From assembly GCA_041907825.1 (NCBI GenBank), contig JAYRGN010000004.1, positions 36,814 through 100,813 on the forward strand: a stretch of 64,000 bases of DNA. Reading direction: 5' to 3'. A program made the position numbers and the translations under genes. The notes beneath the pieces were generated by a model, which ran no database searches, was not told the origin of the DNA, and saw only the letters and a list, made by a program, of their open reading frames with translations. Of the stretch, positions 9,704 to 19,800 are shown one piece after another. Each line of letters starts with the position of its first letter. The stretch's first letter is position 1. This stretch comes from Bacteroidales bacterium. Its GTDB lineage: Bacteria; Bacteroidota; Bacteroidia; Bacteroidales; JAYRGN01.

Positions 9704-10108
9704 ATGAAACATATTTTATTTATTCTTGCTTGCGTTTTTACGTTTTCGGTAAGTCAGGCGCAAATTAGTCCCGACAACTCAGGCAGCAGTAACAGTCTAA
9801 CTAATAAGATTTCGTGGAAGAAAGCGGATCACGACTTTGGTAAAATAAAAAAAGGAAAACCTGTATCGGTTGAATTTGTATTTACCAACGTATCAAGCAC
9901 TCCGGTGGTAATAAAAGAAGTAAAAACAAGTTGTGGCTGCACGGTTGCCAATTATCCGAAAGAACCTGTTGCGCCACACCAGACAGCCAAAGTAACAGCC
10001 AATTATAATGCAGCTAATCTGGGAAAATTCACTAAAACACTTACCGTATTTACCACAGCATCAAGTACTCCCTACACGCTAACACTTACAGGAACAGTGA
10101 TAGAATAA
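9704..10108 (+). CDS. DUF1573 domain-containing secreted protein
   Basis: 134 aa with a signal peptide (FSVSQAQ). The core DFGKIKKGKPVSVEFVFTNVSSTPVVIKEVKTSCGCTV is typical of DUF1573. Confidence 0.8.
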   Translation: MKHILFILACVFTFSVSQAQISPDNSGSSNSLTNKISWKKADHDFGKIKKGKPVSVEFVFTNVSSTPVVIKEVKTSCGCTVANYPKEPVAPHQTAKVTANYNAANLGKFTKTLTVFTTASSTPYTLTLTGTVIE

Positions 10109-10122
10109 AGATAATAAAAGCA

Positions 10123-10153
10123 AAAGGCGGAAAATTTAAGATTCTCCGCCTTT
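10123..10153. terminator. Hairpin terminator between convergent genes
   Basis: aaaggcgga (10123-10131) pairs with tccgccttt (10145-10153). Confidence 0.65.
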
Positions 10154-10175
10154 CTTATATCATTTCTTCAAAAAT

Positions 10176-11153
10176 TTATTGGTTAAACTGTTCTACTTTA
10201 ATGGCATAAGCACATTTAAAATGCTGTAACGGACACGATTTTTTACCATGTAACCCGCAAGGTCGGCAAGGCAATTTCTCTTGCACTTCAATAACCTTAG
10301 AATCGTCAGAAAGCGGACCAAAACCGAATTCAGGAACAGTAGAACAGAAAACAGCTGTAAGCGGAGCATTCATTGCCGAAGCAATGTGCAAAGGAGCAGA
10401 ATCATTAGTATAATTACGGCGGGCACCGGCCACCAATGCTGCAGTTTGCAAAAGACTGAGTTTTCCGCAAAGATTAACAATCTGTTTATCAGGAGCTGCG
10501 TTTTGAATAGTTTCTGCAACCGGCAAATCGGCAGCACTACCTAAAAGATAAATTTTCAGATCAGATGGCTGGATATGAACAAACTCAATCCATTTTTCAG
10601 CCGGAAATTGTTTGGTAAACCAGACCGAAGTTGGAGCCAACGTTATATATGGTGTTGTTTTGTAATCGCTTACAAACTTAAAATCAGCTTCAGAAGGATA
10701 CAATTTCGGCTTTGCCGGAATACGATCGGTAATCGGAGCAATAAGTTCATTATATCGATCAATTTCGTGATTGCGCTCGCCTCCAATTTCATGATTAGCC
10801 TTATCCTTAAAAAAGACAGAAAGTGGATTTTTATCATAACCTATTGTATGATTGGCTCTTGAAAAAACCGTAATCATTCCGGTTGAAAAAAAACGTTGAA
10901 GATTAAACAAATAGTCGTAACGTTCTTTTCGAATTTGTAAAATAACCCTGAAAAGATTCAGCGTTTTATTTTTGTCTTTCTCCCAAGTATAAACAGTTGA
11001 AATATAAGGATGTTGCCTTAATAAGCCTTCGTTTCCCTTTCGCAAAAGAAAATCGATGTGTGCATCGGGGTAATAGCTATGAATTTTTTCCACTACCGAT
11101 GTAGCCAGCACAACGTCGCCTAAAAAAGCTGTTTGTATAATGAGTACCTTCAT
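10176..11153 (-). CDS. Glycosyltransferase family 9 (LPS heptosyltransferase-like)
   Basis: 325 aa. The N-terminus MKVLIIQTAFLGDVVLATSVVEKI and the motif NDSAPLHIASAM are characteristic of the RfaF/RfaC-type GT9 fold. Confidence 0.8.
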   Translation of the reverse strand: MKVLIIQTAFLGDVVLATSVVEKIHSYYPDAHIDFLLRKGNEGLLRQHPYISTVYTWEKDKNKTLNLFRVILQIRKERYDYLFNLQRFFSTGMITVFSRANHTIGYDKNPLSVFFKDKANHEIGGERNHEIDRYNELIAPITDRIPAKPKLYPSEADFKFVSDYKTTPYITLAPTSVWFTKQFPAEKWIEFVHIQPSDLKIYLLGSAADLPVAETIQNAAPDKQIVNLCGKLSLLQTAALVAGARRNYTNDSAPLHIASAMNAPLTAVFCSTVPEFGFGPLSDDSKVIEVQEKLPCRPCGLHGKKSCPLQHFKCAYAIKVEQFNQ

Positions 11154-11234
11154 TGTATCATAAGGATGGCCTAAACCTGTATGTTTTGACCTTTTAATGC
11201 GCTCAAAGTTAATAAAGCATTGCAGAAAGTGGAA

Positions 11235-12377
11235 TTATTTGGAAAAATAATCCGATTCAGATTCTCTTCCCATATGTTGTCTAGTATCGTTCTGAAACTG
11301 ACGAATCTGGTTGAATATCTCCTGCGAAAGATCAAACTGTTCGGCATGTTTAAGAACTCTGCCCGGTGGTAAAATATAATACTGATACTTTTGATGGAGC
11401 TGCCCACGATGCACCCATACCGGCGTATAATGCCATTCTAGTTTACGCGGATTTTTTTGTAAAGTAAGCTCGTACATCAAACCACCGTCTTTATAACGCT
11501 CACGTTGGTTCGAAATATAATTGCCAAGCGAGTACAAAACCGGCACAACATGAGACGAATCATCTGTCGGATAAATTTTCTCAATAGGCTGAATAACATG
11601 AGGATGAGAACCGATTATCGCATCAACGCCATTGCGAGCCAGAAAAAACGCAAGACTTTTTTGCTCTGCATTAGGCTGCCGCTGATATTCTATACCCCAA
11701 TGCATTACAGCCAGAATAAAATCGGCACCAAGCTGATGAGCTCTTGCTATATCTTTCAGTATTACTATTGTATCTATATAATTTACGATGCAGGGCTTAG
11801 GCTCTGGAATTCCATTGGTTCCATAAGTATAATTCAGTAACGCTATGCGAATTCCATTTTTATCAAGCAACAGCGGAACATGAGCATTACGCTCAACGCT
11901 GTCGCGAAAAGTGCCCGTATGTGCAATACCCAGCGAATCAAGCACACTTATGGTACGTAAAAGCCCCTGCTTTCCACGGTCAATGCAATGATTGTTTGCC
12001 GTAACCAGCACCCCAAAACCTGTTTTTTTAAGATCGCGGGCCAGTGCATCTGGACTCGAAAACTGTGGATAGCCTTTGTACGGAGGCCCAGCAAGAGTTA
12101 CTTCCAAATTAGCTACTGAAATGTCGAAAGACTTAATATAATCGGTAACAAACTGAAAACATGAAGTGTAATTCCAATCTCCAACCGACGAGTCAAAAGC
12201 AGCATTTACCTGCGGAGTATGTCCCATTACATCTCCGCCAAAAACCATGCGTACTGTTTGCGGTTGAATTTGAACCTGTTGTGCATGAACTTTCTTTTCC
12301 GATGAAAGCAACAACAATACCGAAACAACAATACGTACTATCCAGGAAACTATCATAAAATCAGCGTTTTTTACCAA
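11235..12377 (-). CDS. CapA family (PGA_cap) metallophosphatase-fold protein
   Basis: 380 aa with a signal/TM segment. Motifs present: MVFGGDVMGH, ANNHCIDRG, AVMHWGIEY, IIGSHPHV. Confidence 0.85.
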   Translation of the reverse strand: MVKNADFMIVSWIVRIVVSVLLLLSSEKKVHAQQVQIQPQTVRMVFGGDVMGHTPQVNAAFDSSVGDWNYTSCFQFVTDYIKSFDISVANLEVTLAGPPYKGYPQFSSPDALARDLKKTGFGVLVTANNHCIDRGKQGLLRTISVLDSLGIAHTGTFRDSVERNAHVPLLLDKNGIRIALLNYTYGTNGIPEPKPCIVNYIDTIVILKDIARAHQLGADFILAVMHWGIEYQRQPNAEQKSLAFFLARNGVDAIIGSHPHVIQPIEKIYPTDDSSHVVPVLYSLGNYISNQRERYKDGGLMYELTLQKNPRKLEWHYTPVWVHRGQLHQKYQYYILPPGRVLKHAEQFDLSQEIFNQIRQFQNDTRQHMGRESESDYFSK

Positions 12378-13243
12378 CTACCACCTGCACCGCCACCACC
12401 AAAGTCGCCGCCTCCAAAACCATCAAAACTATCACCACCACTGTCGAAACCTCCAAAACCGCCACTTCCGGAACTAAAATCGCCAAAACCACCTTGTTGT
12501 GAGCGATTTGCGGATCCCAGCATAGTTAGCCATATCCACCACGGAATACCAGACTGGCCTATACTTGCATGGTCCCGTGTGGTAAATGAAGATTTGACCG
12601 ACGAAATTACCACAATGATAATAACAGCAAAGACAATGAACAAGATGGTAGGTATACTACTCGATTCTTTTTTATGTTTTTTATGAGCGTACTGATCGGC
12701 CGTATATTCGCCTTTAGTCAAATCTATAATGACTTTGGTCGCAGCGGTAATTCCTCCGTAATAATCGTTATTCTGAAACCTCGGAATCATTTCATTCTGA
12801 ACAATGCGTTTTGCAACAGCATCAGGAACAGCTCCTTCCACACCGTATCCGGTCGCTATAAACACGCCACCTTTTGTTTCGTTTTTAGGTTTTACAAGGA
12901 TAAGCAAACCATTGTTTTTCCCCTTTTGCCCAATACCCCATTTATGAGCCAGTTCGTAAGCATACATCGAAATATCACCTTCAAAAGCAGGAACAATAAC
13001 GACTGCTATTTGTGTACTGGTCTGATTATTAAAAACAACCAACTGCTGTTCAAGCGTCGATACCTGATTGGCATTTAATATTCTGGCAAAATCATTTACC
13101 AGACGAGGAGGATTTGGTCTATCGGGAATCTGAGCAAAAGCACCAGAAGACAAAAACACTAACCCAAAACAGAAAAAGACAGCACATAAAAACTGTCTAT
13201 AATTTTTGAAAAGATATTTCATCGCTAAGTTCGTTAATGTCAT
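12371..13243 (-). CDS. TPM domain-containing membrane protein (YgcG-like) with Gly-rich C-terminal tail
   Basis: Contains LVNDFARILNANQVSTLEQQLVVFNNQTSTQIAVVIV (TPM/phosphatase-like fold), a TM helix (IPTILFIVFAVIIIVVISS) and the tail GGFGDFSSGSGGFGGFDSGGDSFDGFGGGDFGGGGAGGSW. The start may instead be the ATG at 13222 (MKYLFKNYRQF..., a signal peptide). Confidence 0.85.
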   Translation of the reverse strand: MTLTNLAMKYLFKNYRQFLCAVFFCFGLVFLSSGAFAQIPDRPNPPRLVNDFARILNANQVSTLEQQLVVFNNQTSTQIAVVIVPAFEGDISMYAYELAHKWGIGQKGKNNGLLILVKPKNETKGGVFIATGYGVEGAVPDAVAKRIVQNEMIPRFQNNDYYGGITAATKVIIDLTKGEYTADQYAHKKHKKESSSIPTILFIVFAVIIIVVISSVKSSFTTRDHASIGQSGIPWWIWLTMLGSANRSQQGGFGDFSSGSGGFGGFDSGGDSFDGFGGGDFGGGGAGGSW

Positions 13244-13637
13244 CGTCCTGATGCGGAAAATGCTGTTTTAATTGTTCGCCAGCCATAAGAATTCCTTCCG
13301 AAAGAGCCTGCGCAAATTTTCTCTGACGAAAAAGCTGCGAAAGATGTTCGGAAATAGAATTCCAGAACCCGGCGGGGACTTTTCGGTTTATTCCGATGTC
13401 TCCCAAAATCGCAAATTTACGATCACCTATTGCCACATAAAACAAAACCCCGTTACGAAGGGCTGTTTTGTGCATTTCTAACTTACCAAAAATATAGGCG
13501 GCACGGTCCAAAACATCTATTTTACAATGCGTTTCAATATGAACACGTATTTCTCCAGATGTTTCACTCTCTGCAACACGAATGGCCGAAAGGATTTCGT
13601 CCTTTTCGGCCTGCGTGAAAAATTTTGAAGCATTCAT
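13197..13637 (-). CDS. TPM domain-containing protein (TLP18.3/Psb32/MOLO-1 family)
   Basis: 146 aa containing FFTQAEKDEILSAIRVAESETSGEIRVHIE. It sits in the conserved LemA-TPM-TPM gene order. Confidence 0.8.
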   Translation of the reverse strand: MNASKFFTQAEKDEILSAIRVAESETSGEIRVHIETHCKIDVLDRAAYIFGKLEMHKTALRNGVLFYVAIGDRKFAILGDIGINRKVPAGFWNSISEHLSQLFRQRKFAQALSEGILMAGEQLKQHFPHQDDDINELSDEISFQKL

Positions 13638-13640
13638 AAT

Positions 13641-14231
13641 TTAAAACTGAACGGTAGGAGCCTGATCTGCTCCGGCTTTAGCTTCGAAATATGGTTTTTC
13701 TTTAAAACCAAACATCTTGGCTGTCATCACCTGCGGAAATTTGCGAATAACAGTGTTATATTCCTGTGTAGCCTGATTGAATTTCTGACGTTCAACTGTT
13801 ATACGATTTTCGGTGCCTTCGAGCTGAGCCTGAAGCTCCAGAAAATTCTGATTAGCCTTTAAATCAGGATATTTTTCAACCACCACCATCAGACGCGAAA
13901 GCGAACTGCTCAGTCCATCCTGTGCTTCCTGAAATTTTTTGAACGAATTAGCATCCAACTTCGAGGCATCCACATTTACCGATGTAGCTTTTGCACGGGC
14001 TTCTACAACCTGTGTAAGTGTTTCTTTTTCAAAATTGGCATAGCCTTTTACGGTGTTAACCAGATTTGGAATAAGGTCGGCACGACGCTGATAAGCATTC
14101 TGAACCTGAGCCCATTGCGATTTTACACCTTCTTCGAGGCTTACCATTTTATTATAGCCACATCCCGACATAAACGGAACTAACGTAATGACTGACAGCA
14201 ATAATGCTATCGATTTAAATCTGTGTTTCAT
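13641..14231 (-). CDS. lemA: LemA family protein
   Basis: 196 aa with an N-terminal lipoprotein-like anchor (FMSGC). The segment WAQVQNAYQRRADLIPNLVNTVKGYANFEKETLTQVVEARA is diagnostic of LemA. Confidence 0.9.
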   Translation of the reverse strand: MKHRFKSIALLLSVITLVPFMSGCGYNKMVSLEEGVKSQWAQVQNAYQRRADLIPNLVNTVKGYANFEKETLTQVVEARAKATSVNVDASKLDANSFKKFQEAQDGLSSSLSRLMVVVEKYPDLKANQNFLELQAQLEGTENRITVERQKFNQATQEYNTVIRKFPQVMTAKMFGFKEKPYFEAKAGADQAPTVQF

Positions 14232-14435
14232 ATTCTGTTTCGAATTGTTTTTTGAGGGTCAGGGTTATTCAACTGCCCTTTGATTAATTTTATAAGAACA
14301 AGATGTTTGATTTTCATCAAAAGCTATTCCAAAGATGAGAATTATTTCAGAGCTAACCTTGTGTCAGTAAATAAGCCTTTTATGTTGTGACAAATTGTCG
14401 GAAACCTGCAGGTTTAGTATTTCAAAACAGTAGCT

Positions 14436-14443
14436 TATCTTTG
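14436..14443 (+). promoter_or_regulatory. Candidate -7 box TATCTTTG
   Basis: Matches TAnnTTTG, about 90 bp upstream of the 14534 ATG. Confidence 0.35.
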
Positions 14444-14533
14444 TTACGTTTTTGCCCCGGCATAAAGCCTTATCTGTCAGATAAAAGGAAAAGCAGCAAG
14501 TCCCTGTTGCTTATTTAACTTATCACATTACAA

Positions 14534-14956
14534 ATGAAGCATTTAAACTTCTATCGATATTTTTTATTGGCTGTGGTTTTAACCGTATCGCTATTCAGCG
14601 CATGCGACATTTCAAATGACGAAATTCTTAGCGATCAACAGATTATTGAGAAGATAAAAGGAGATTGGAAGGCTCAAGAAATCATTGATGGACAAACACA
14701 TACTTTTTACGTAACAATTGTTCCGGCAACAGAAAACAGTTTCATTATCATGAGTAATTTTAACAATTTGAACATCTCTATCAAAAGTGAAATTACAGAA
14801 CATTCTATCACTATTTCAAAGCAAACATCTGATGGTTATATTGTTCAGGGATATGGACTTATCAACACAAGCTTTTCTAAAATTACCCTCGATTATACCG
14901 TCGACGACGGAAGCGGAACTGCTGTAAATTACGAAGATACGCTTACCCGTTACTAA
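14534..14956 (+). CDS. Hypothetical lipoprotein
   Basis: 140 aa with a signal peptide and lipobox (SLFSAC). I recognise no family. Confidence 0.6.
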   Translation: MKHLNFYRYFLLAVVLTVSLFSACDISNDEILSDQQIIEKIKGDWKAQEIIDGQTHTFYVTIVPATENSFIIMSNFNNLNISIKSEITEHSITISKQTSDGYIVQGYGLINTSFSKITLDYTVDDGSGTAVNYEDTLTRY

Positions 14957-14971
14957 ACAGGATTTTAAATT

Positions 14972-15008
14972 AAAAAAGGAAATGAACGTTTTTCTCATTT
15001 CCTTTTTT
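14972..15008. terminator. Bidirectional hairpin terminator
   Basis: aaaaaaggaaatga (14972-14985) pairs with tcatttcctttttt (14995-15008). Confidence 0.7.
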
Positions 15009-15028
15009 AATTTATTGATAAATAAAGC

Positions 15029-15298
15029 TTAATTACCAAAACGAGTAAGCGCATCGCTCAGTTCGCCAAGCGCAAAAACGCCAACCTTACGCCAGATTTC
15101 TTTTCCATCGACCAATAATAATACAGCCGGAAAAGAAAAAACCAGATGTTGTCCGCAAAGTTCTGGATGATCAGCAGCCTGAATGAACTCACACTCCCAC
15201 TCCGGAAAATCGCGACACAATTCTCTTATTTTCGGTTCAAGTGCATGGCAGGCACCGCAATTTTCAGATTCGAAGAAAAGTAATTGTAAATGGCTCAT
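15029..15298 (-). CDS. Thioredoxin-fold protein (CxxC = CGAC)
   Basis: 89 aa containing FFESENCGACHALEPKI. It overlaps the ispF stop by 4 nt. Confidence 0.7.
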   Translation of the reverse strand: MSHLQLLFFESENCGACHALEPKIRELCRDFPEWECEFIQAADHPELCGQHLVFSFPAVLLLVDGKEIWRKVGVFALGELSDALTRFGN

Positions 15299-15771
15299 TT
15301 TTTTTCGTTTATTAAAACAACGGCATAAACCGCAATGCCTTCTTCTTTCCCGACAAAACCTAATTTTTCGGTAGTAGTCGCCTTAATAGAAAAATCTCGT
15401 TCCGGAATATTCAGCACTTCTGCTAATACTTTCTGCATCTGCGGAATAAGATCTTTTACTTTTGGTCGTTGAAGACAAATGGTAACGTCAATATTTCCGA
15501 TTGAATAACCCGCTTCGTCCAATAACTCTGCCGTCCGTTTTAGTAAAATTTTACTGTCAATACCTTTATACTCACTACTGGTATCAGGAAAATGGACACC
15601 AATATCGCGCAACGAAGCAGCACCCAGCAACGCATCGCACACGGCATGAATGAGCGCATCGCCATCCGAATGACCTACAGAGCCTTTCGTATGTTCTATT
15701 TTAAGCCCGCCCAGCGTAAATTCGTAACCTTCTTCCAGGCGGTGTACATCGTAACCAAATCCAATTCTCAT
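15295..15771 (-). CDS. ispF: 2-C-methyl-D-erythritol 2,4-cyclodiphosphate synthase
   Basis: Contains MRIGFGYDVHRL, HSDGDALIHA and the conserved C-terminal ATTTEKLGFVG. I trimmed the start to the MRIGFG Met; the ORF track extends to 15801. Confidence 0.9.
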   Translation of the reverse strand: MRIGFGYDVHRLEEGYEFTLGGLKIEHTKGSVGHSDGDALIHAVCDALLGAASLRDIGVHFPDTSSEYKGIDSKILLKRTAELLDEAGYSIGNIDVTICLQRPKVKDLIPQMQKVLAEVLNIPERDFSIKATTTEKLGFVGKEEGIAVYAVVLINEKK

Positions 15772-15804
15772 AATTACTGTTTTTTGTTTTACGACAATCA
15801 AGAT

Positions 15805-16620
15805 TTATTCCAGCAGTTCTTTCCAGACAAAAAGTCCGTCGATACCTTCAATTTGTGGCGGTTCAGAATCAAATAAACCAAAAATTGAAGAACCACTACC
15901 ACTCATGGCTGCATAAAAGGCTCCGGCAGCGTATAATTTATCGCGAAGTTCGCCTAACTGAGGGAACTGACGAAAAACCGATTCTTCAAAATCGTTAACC
16001 AATAAATCTTTCCATTTTTCGACAGGCTGAGAAATAGCCTCTTCAGGCAAAACCGAAGGAATACGAGGCGTAACACCGGCATAAGCCTGAGCCGTACTTA
16101 CATATACATCTGGTTTTATCAATAAAAGATATTTTCCTTTTAAACTAAGATCAACTGGTTCCAGAATTTCGCCTCTCCCCGAAGCCTTGCACGGGCGATT
16201 GTACACAAAAAAAGCACAATCACTGCCCAGTGTTGCCGCCATGACTGCTAATTTTTCGGTTGAAATATTAAGTTCGAAAAACGAGTTAAGCGCAGTGAGC
16301 GCAAAAGCAGCATCGGCAGAACCGCCGCCCAGCCCAGCCCCAAAGGGTATAATTTTGTGCAACTGCATAATTACACCGGGTAAATCAAACTCTTTATGCA
16401 GAAGATCATATGCTTTCACTGCCAGATTTTTCTCAGCCGGACAATCTATTTCAAGACCGGTATTCACCCATTCGACACCCGGTTTTTCTTGCTTTGTAAT
16501 TTCGAGAATATCAGAAAGCCCGATAGGATAGAAAACTGTAGAAATATCGTGGTATCCATCAGGACGCTTGCGCAGAATGTTCAGTCCCAGGTTTATTTTG
16601 GCATTCGGAAAAACAACCAT
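15805..16620 (-). CDS. ispE: 4-(cytidine 5'-diphospho)-2-C-methyl-D-erythritol kinase
   Basis: Contains FPNAKINLGLNILRKRPDGYHDI and the GHMP-kinase motif PFGAGLGGGSADAA. Confidence 0.9.
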   Translation of the reverse strand: MVVFPNAKINLGLNILRKRPDGYHDISTVFYPIGLSDILEITKQEKPGVEWVNTGLEIDCPAEKNLAVKAYDLLHKEFDLPGVIMQLHKIIPFGAGLGGGSADAAFALTALNSFFELNISTEKLAVMAATLGSDCAFFVYNRPCKASGRGEILEPVDLSLKGKYLLLIKPDVYVSTAQAYAGVTPRIPSVLPEEAISQPVEKWKDLLVNDFEESVFRQFPQLGELRDKLYAAGAFYAAMSGSGSSIFGLFDSEPPQIEGIDGLFVWKELLE

Positions 16621-16844
16621 GTTTGTTCATTTTTATGCAAAAATAGAGAAAAGCGAGACAATTGACGTTCAACACAGTCATGCGTCAGAAATTATCAGTC
16701 AATTGCCAATAAATACTGTATTTTCTGTCTATTTTACCCAAAATTATCAGCTTTTTACCCAATTAAAACTACATTTTCAGAAACCTTTCATAATTCTGCT
16801 TCATATTCCTGACGCTTACAGAAGGTCTCTCTCACAGAAATCAT

Positions 16845-16852
16845 TACTTTTG
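16845..16852 (+). promoter_or_regulatory. Candidate -7 box TACTTTTG for purL
   Basis: Matches TAnnTTTG, 34 bp upstream of the purL ATG. Confidence 0.45.
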
Positions 16853-16885
16853 TGACGGATTTTCTAACCATTCAATCTGAATGCA

Positions 16886-19800
16886 ATGATCTTATTCTTT
16901 AGCGGTTCGTCCGAAACCATTTTCGCGGTAAGCACCAGCCGCGAGATCTCCGACAACGACATCGAAAAATTGTGCTGGCTTTTTGGCAATGCCCAACAAA
17001 TTCAACAACCTGAGTTAAACGGTTATTTCCGCGGCCCGCGTCGCGAAATGATTACTCCGTGGAGTACCAATGCGGTTGAAATTACCCAGAATATGGGCAT
17101 CGAAGGCATTGTTCGCATCGAAGAATTCGAAAAAGTTGAGGCCGATACGGCTTTCGACCCTATGCTTCAGCGTCGTTACAATGGTTTGGATCAGGAAATT
17201 TTTACCATTAACAAGCAACCCGAGCCAATTGAATACATTACCGATTTGCGCAGTTATAACCAGCAACATGGATTAGCACTGAGCGAAGACGAAATCAATT
17301 ACCTCGAAGATGTTGCAAAAAAAATGGGAAGGCAGCTTACGGATAGTGAGGTTTTTGGTTTCTCACAGGTAAACTCAGAACACTGCCGTCACAAAATTTT
17401 CAACGGAAGTTTTATTATCGACGGCGAAGAAAAAGATCTTTCACTTTTTAAACTGATACGCAAAACCACCGAAACCAATCCTAATCGAGTAGTTTCGGCA
17501 TACAAAGATAACTGTGCTTTTATTGAAGGTCCGAATATCGAATTATTTGCACCCGAAACTCAGGATAAAGCCGACTTTTTCAAAATAAGAGATACCGAAT
17601 CGGTTATTTCGCTGAAGGCCGAAACACATAATTTCCCGACCACAGTTGAACCGTTTAACGGTGCAGCAACCGGTACCGGCGGAGAAATACGCGACCGTAT
17701 GGCAGGAGGAAAAGGTTCGTTTCCTTTAACCGGAATGGCGGTTTACATGACCTCTTATCCGCGTCCCGACGGTGCCCGTGAATGGGAAAAAGCAACCGAA
17801 GAACGCAAATGGTTATACCAGACCCCCGAAGAAATCCTGATCAAGGCTTCAAACGGAGCGTCCGATTTTGGTAACAAGTTTGGTCAACCTATTATCTGCG
17901 GAAGCTTACTTACTTTCGAACATTTTGAAAATCAAAAGAAATTTGCTTTCGACAAGGTTATAATGATGGCCGGTGGTGTTGGCTTTGCCCGTCATCGCGA
18001 CAGCTTAAAGGACGAACCGTCAAAAGGCGATAAAATAGTTTTACTCGGCGGAGATAATTACCGCATCGGCATGGGCGGAGGAGCTGTTTCTTCGGTTGCT
18101 ACCGGAGAATACGATAACAGCATTGAGCTAAACGCGGTACAACGTTCGAACCCCGAAATGCAAAAACGCGCTTATAATGCTATCCGCGCAATGGCTGAAG
18201 GTGACAACAACCCAATCGTATCCATCCACGACCACGGCGCAGGCGGACACCTCAACTGTCTCTCGGAATTGGTTGAATCGACCGGTGGAATTATAGAAAT
18301 AGACAAATTACCCGTTGGAGACCCTACTCTTTCGGCTAAAGAAATTGTAGGCAATGAATCGCAGGAACGTATGGGACTTGTGATGAAGGCTGAAGATACA
18401 GAATACCTGCATCGTGTGGCCGACCGCGAACGTTCTCCTATGTACGTGGTGGGCGAAGCTACCGGCGATATGCAGTTTACTTTCGAAAATAAGACAAACG
18501 GCGAAAAACCAATTGACTGGAAACTGGAATACATGTTTGGCAAGCCGCCTCGCACCATTATGCGCGACAATTCGGTAAGCGAAACATTGGCTCCTGTAAC
18601 AGGCGATCCAGCCAAAATTCAGCAATACATTGAACAGGTACTTCAGCTTGAAGCTGTTGCTTGTAAAGACTGGTTAACCAATAAGGTCGACCGCTCGGTA
18701 ACCGGACGCATTGCCCGTCAGCAAACTATTGGTAAAGTTCAGCTTCCGTTGAGCAACGTTGCCGTAGTTGCGCTCGATTTTCAGGGAAAGAGAGGTATTG
18801 CAACTTCTATCGGTCACGCACCTGTTGCAGCCTTGGTCGATCCCGAAGCCGGTTCTTTACTCTCAATTGCCGAATCACTTACCAATATTGTCTGGACTCC
18901 TATTGAAGGAGGATTGAGCGGCGTTTCGCTCAGTGCCAACTGGATGTGGCCATGCCGCAACGAAGGCGAAGACGCTCGCTTATACCGTGCAGTAGAAGCG
19001 GCAAGCGAATTTGCGCTCGACCTGGGTATCAACATCCCTACGGGTAAAGACTCGCTTTCGATGACACAGAAATATCCGAATGGCGATGTGGTAATGGCTC
19101 CCGGAACAGTTATCATATCGGCTGGTGCCGAATCGAAAGATATTTGCAACGTTGTTACTCCGCTTGCGGTATACAAACCCGGCTCAAAACTTTACCTCAT
19201 CGACATGAGTTCTGATGAACTTTTGTTAGGAGGCAGCAGCTTTGGTCAGATTGTTAACCGCCTTGGCGAAAAAGCACCTACCATTCGTAACGCCAAATAT
19301 TTTGGCAATGCTTTTGCCGCCCTTCAGCAATTAATTGAAGAAAAACAGGTACTTGCAGGACACGACATTTCGTCGGGCGGATTGATTACAACGTTACTCG
19401 AAATGCTTTTTGCCGATAATAAAACAGGTATGAAAATAAACCTTGGCGAACGCGCCAATGGTAATTTGATCACTGCTTTGTTTGCCGAAAATCCGGGTGT
19501 GGTAATTCAGGTTAGCGACCCTGCCAAAACCGAAGAAATACTTGGCAAATATGGTATCTGCTTTGTAAAAATCGGAGAAGTAACCAACGATCGTTTGTTC
19601 GATTTGCTGTACAACGACGAAAAATACGTATTTAATATCAACAATTTACGCGACAGTTGGTATAAGAGTTCATACCTTCTCGACCGTAAACAAAGCGGTT
19701 ATACACTGGCTGCCGAACGTTTCAAAAATTATAAAGTACAGGAACTGACGTATAAATTTCCGGCAAAATTCGACGGAACTTATGCGTCATATGGTATTGA

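Noticed and set aside
11171-11407. Minus-strand 78-aa ORF overlapping the 3' end of capA in another frame
   Set aside because: It is almost fully nested in the well-supported CapA ORF and has no independent evidence.
14445-14533. Two small imperfect hairpins in the roughly 90-nt leader of the 14534 lipoprotein gene, considered as a riboswitch
   Set aside because: The stems are short and imperfect. I recognise no known riboswitch core sequences, and the downstream gene is not a typical riboswitch target.
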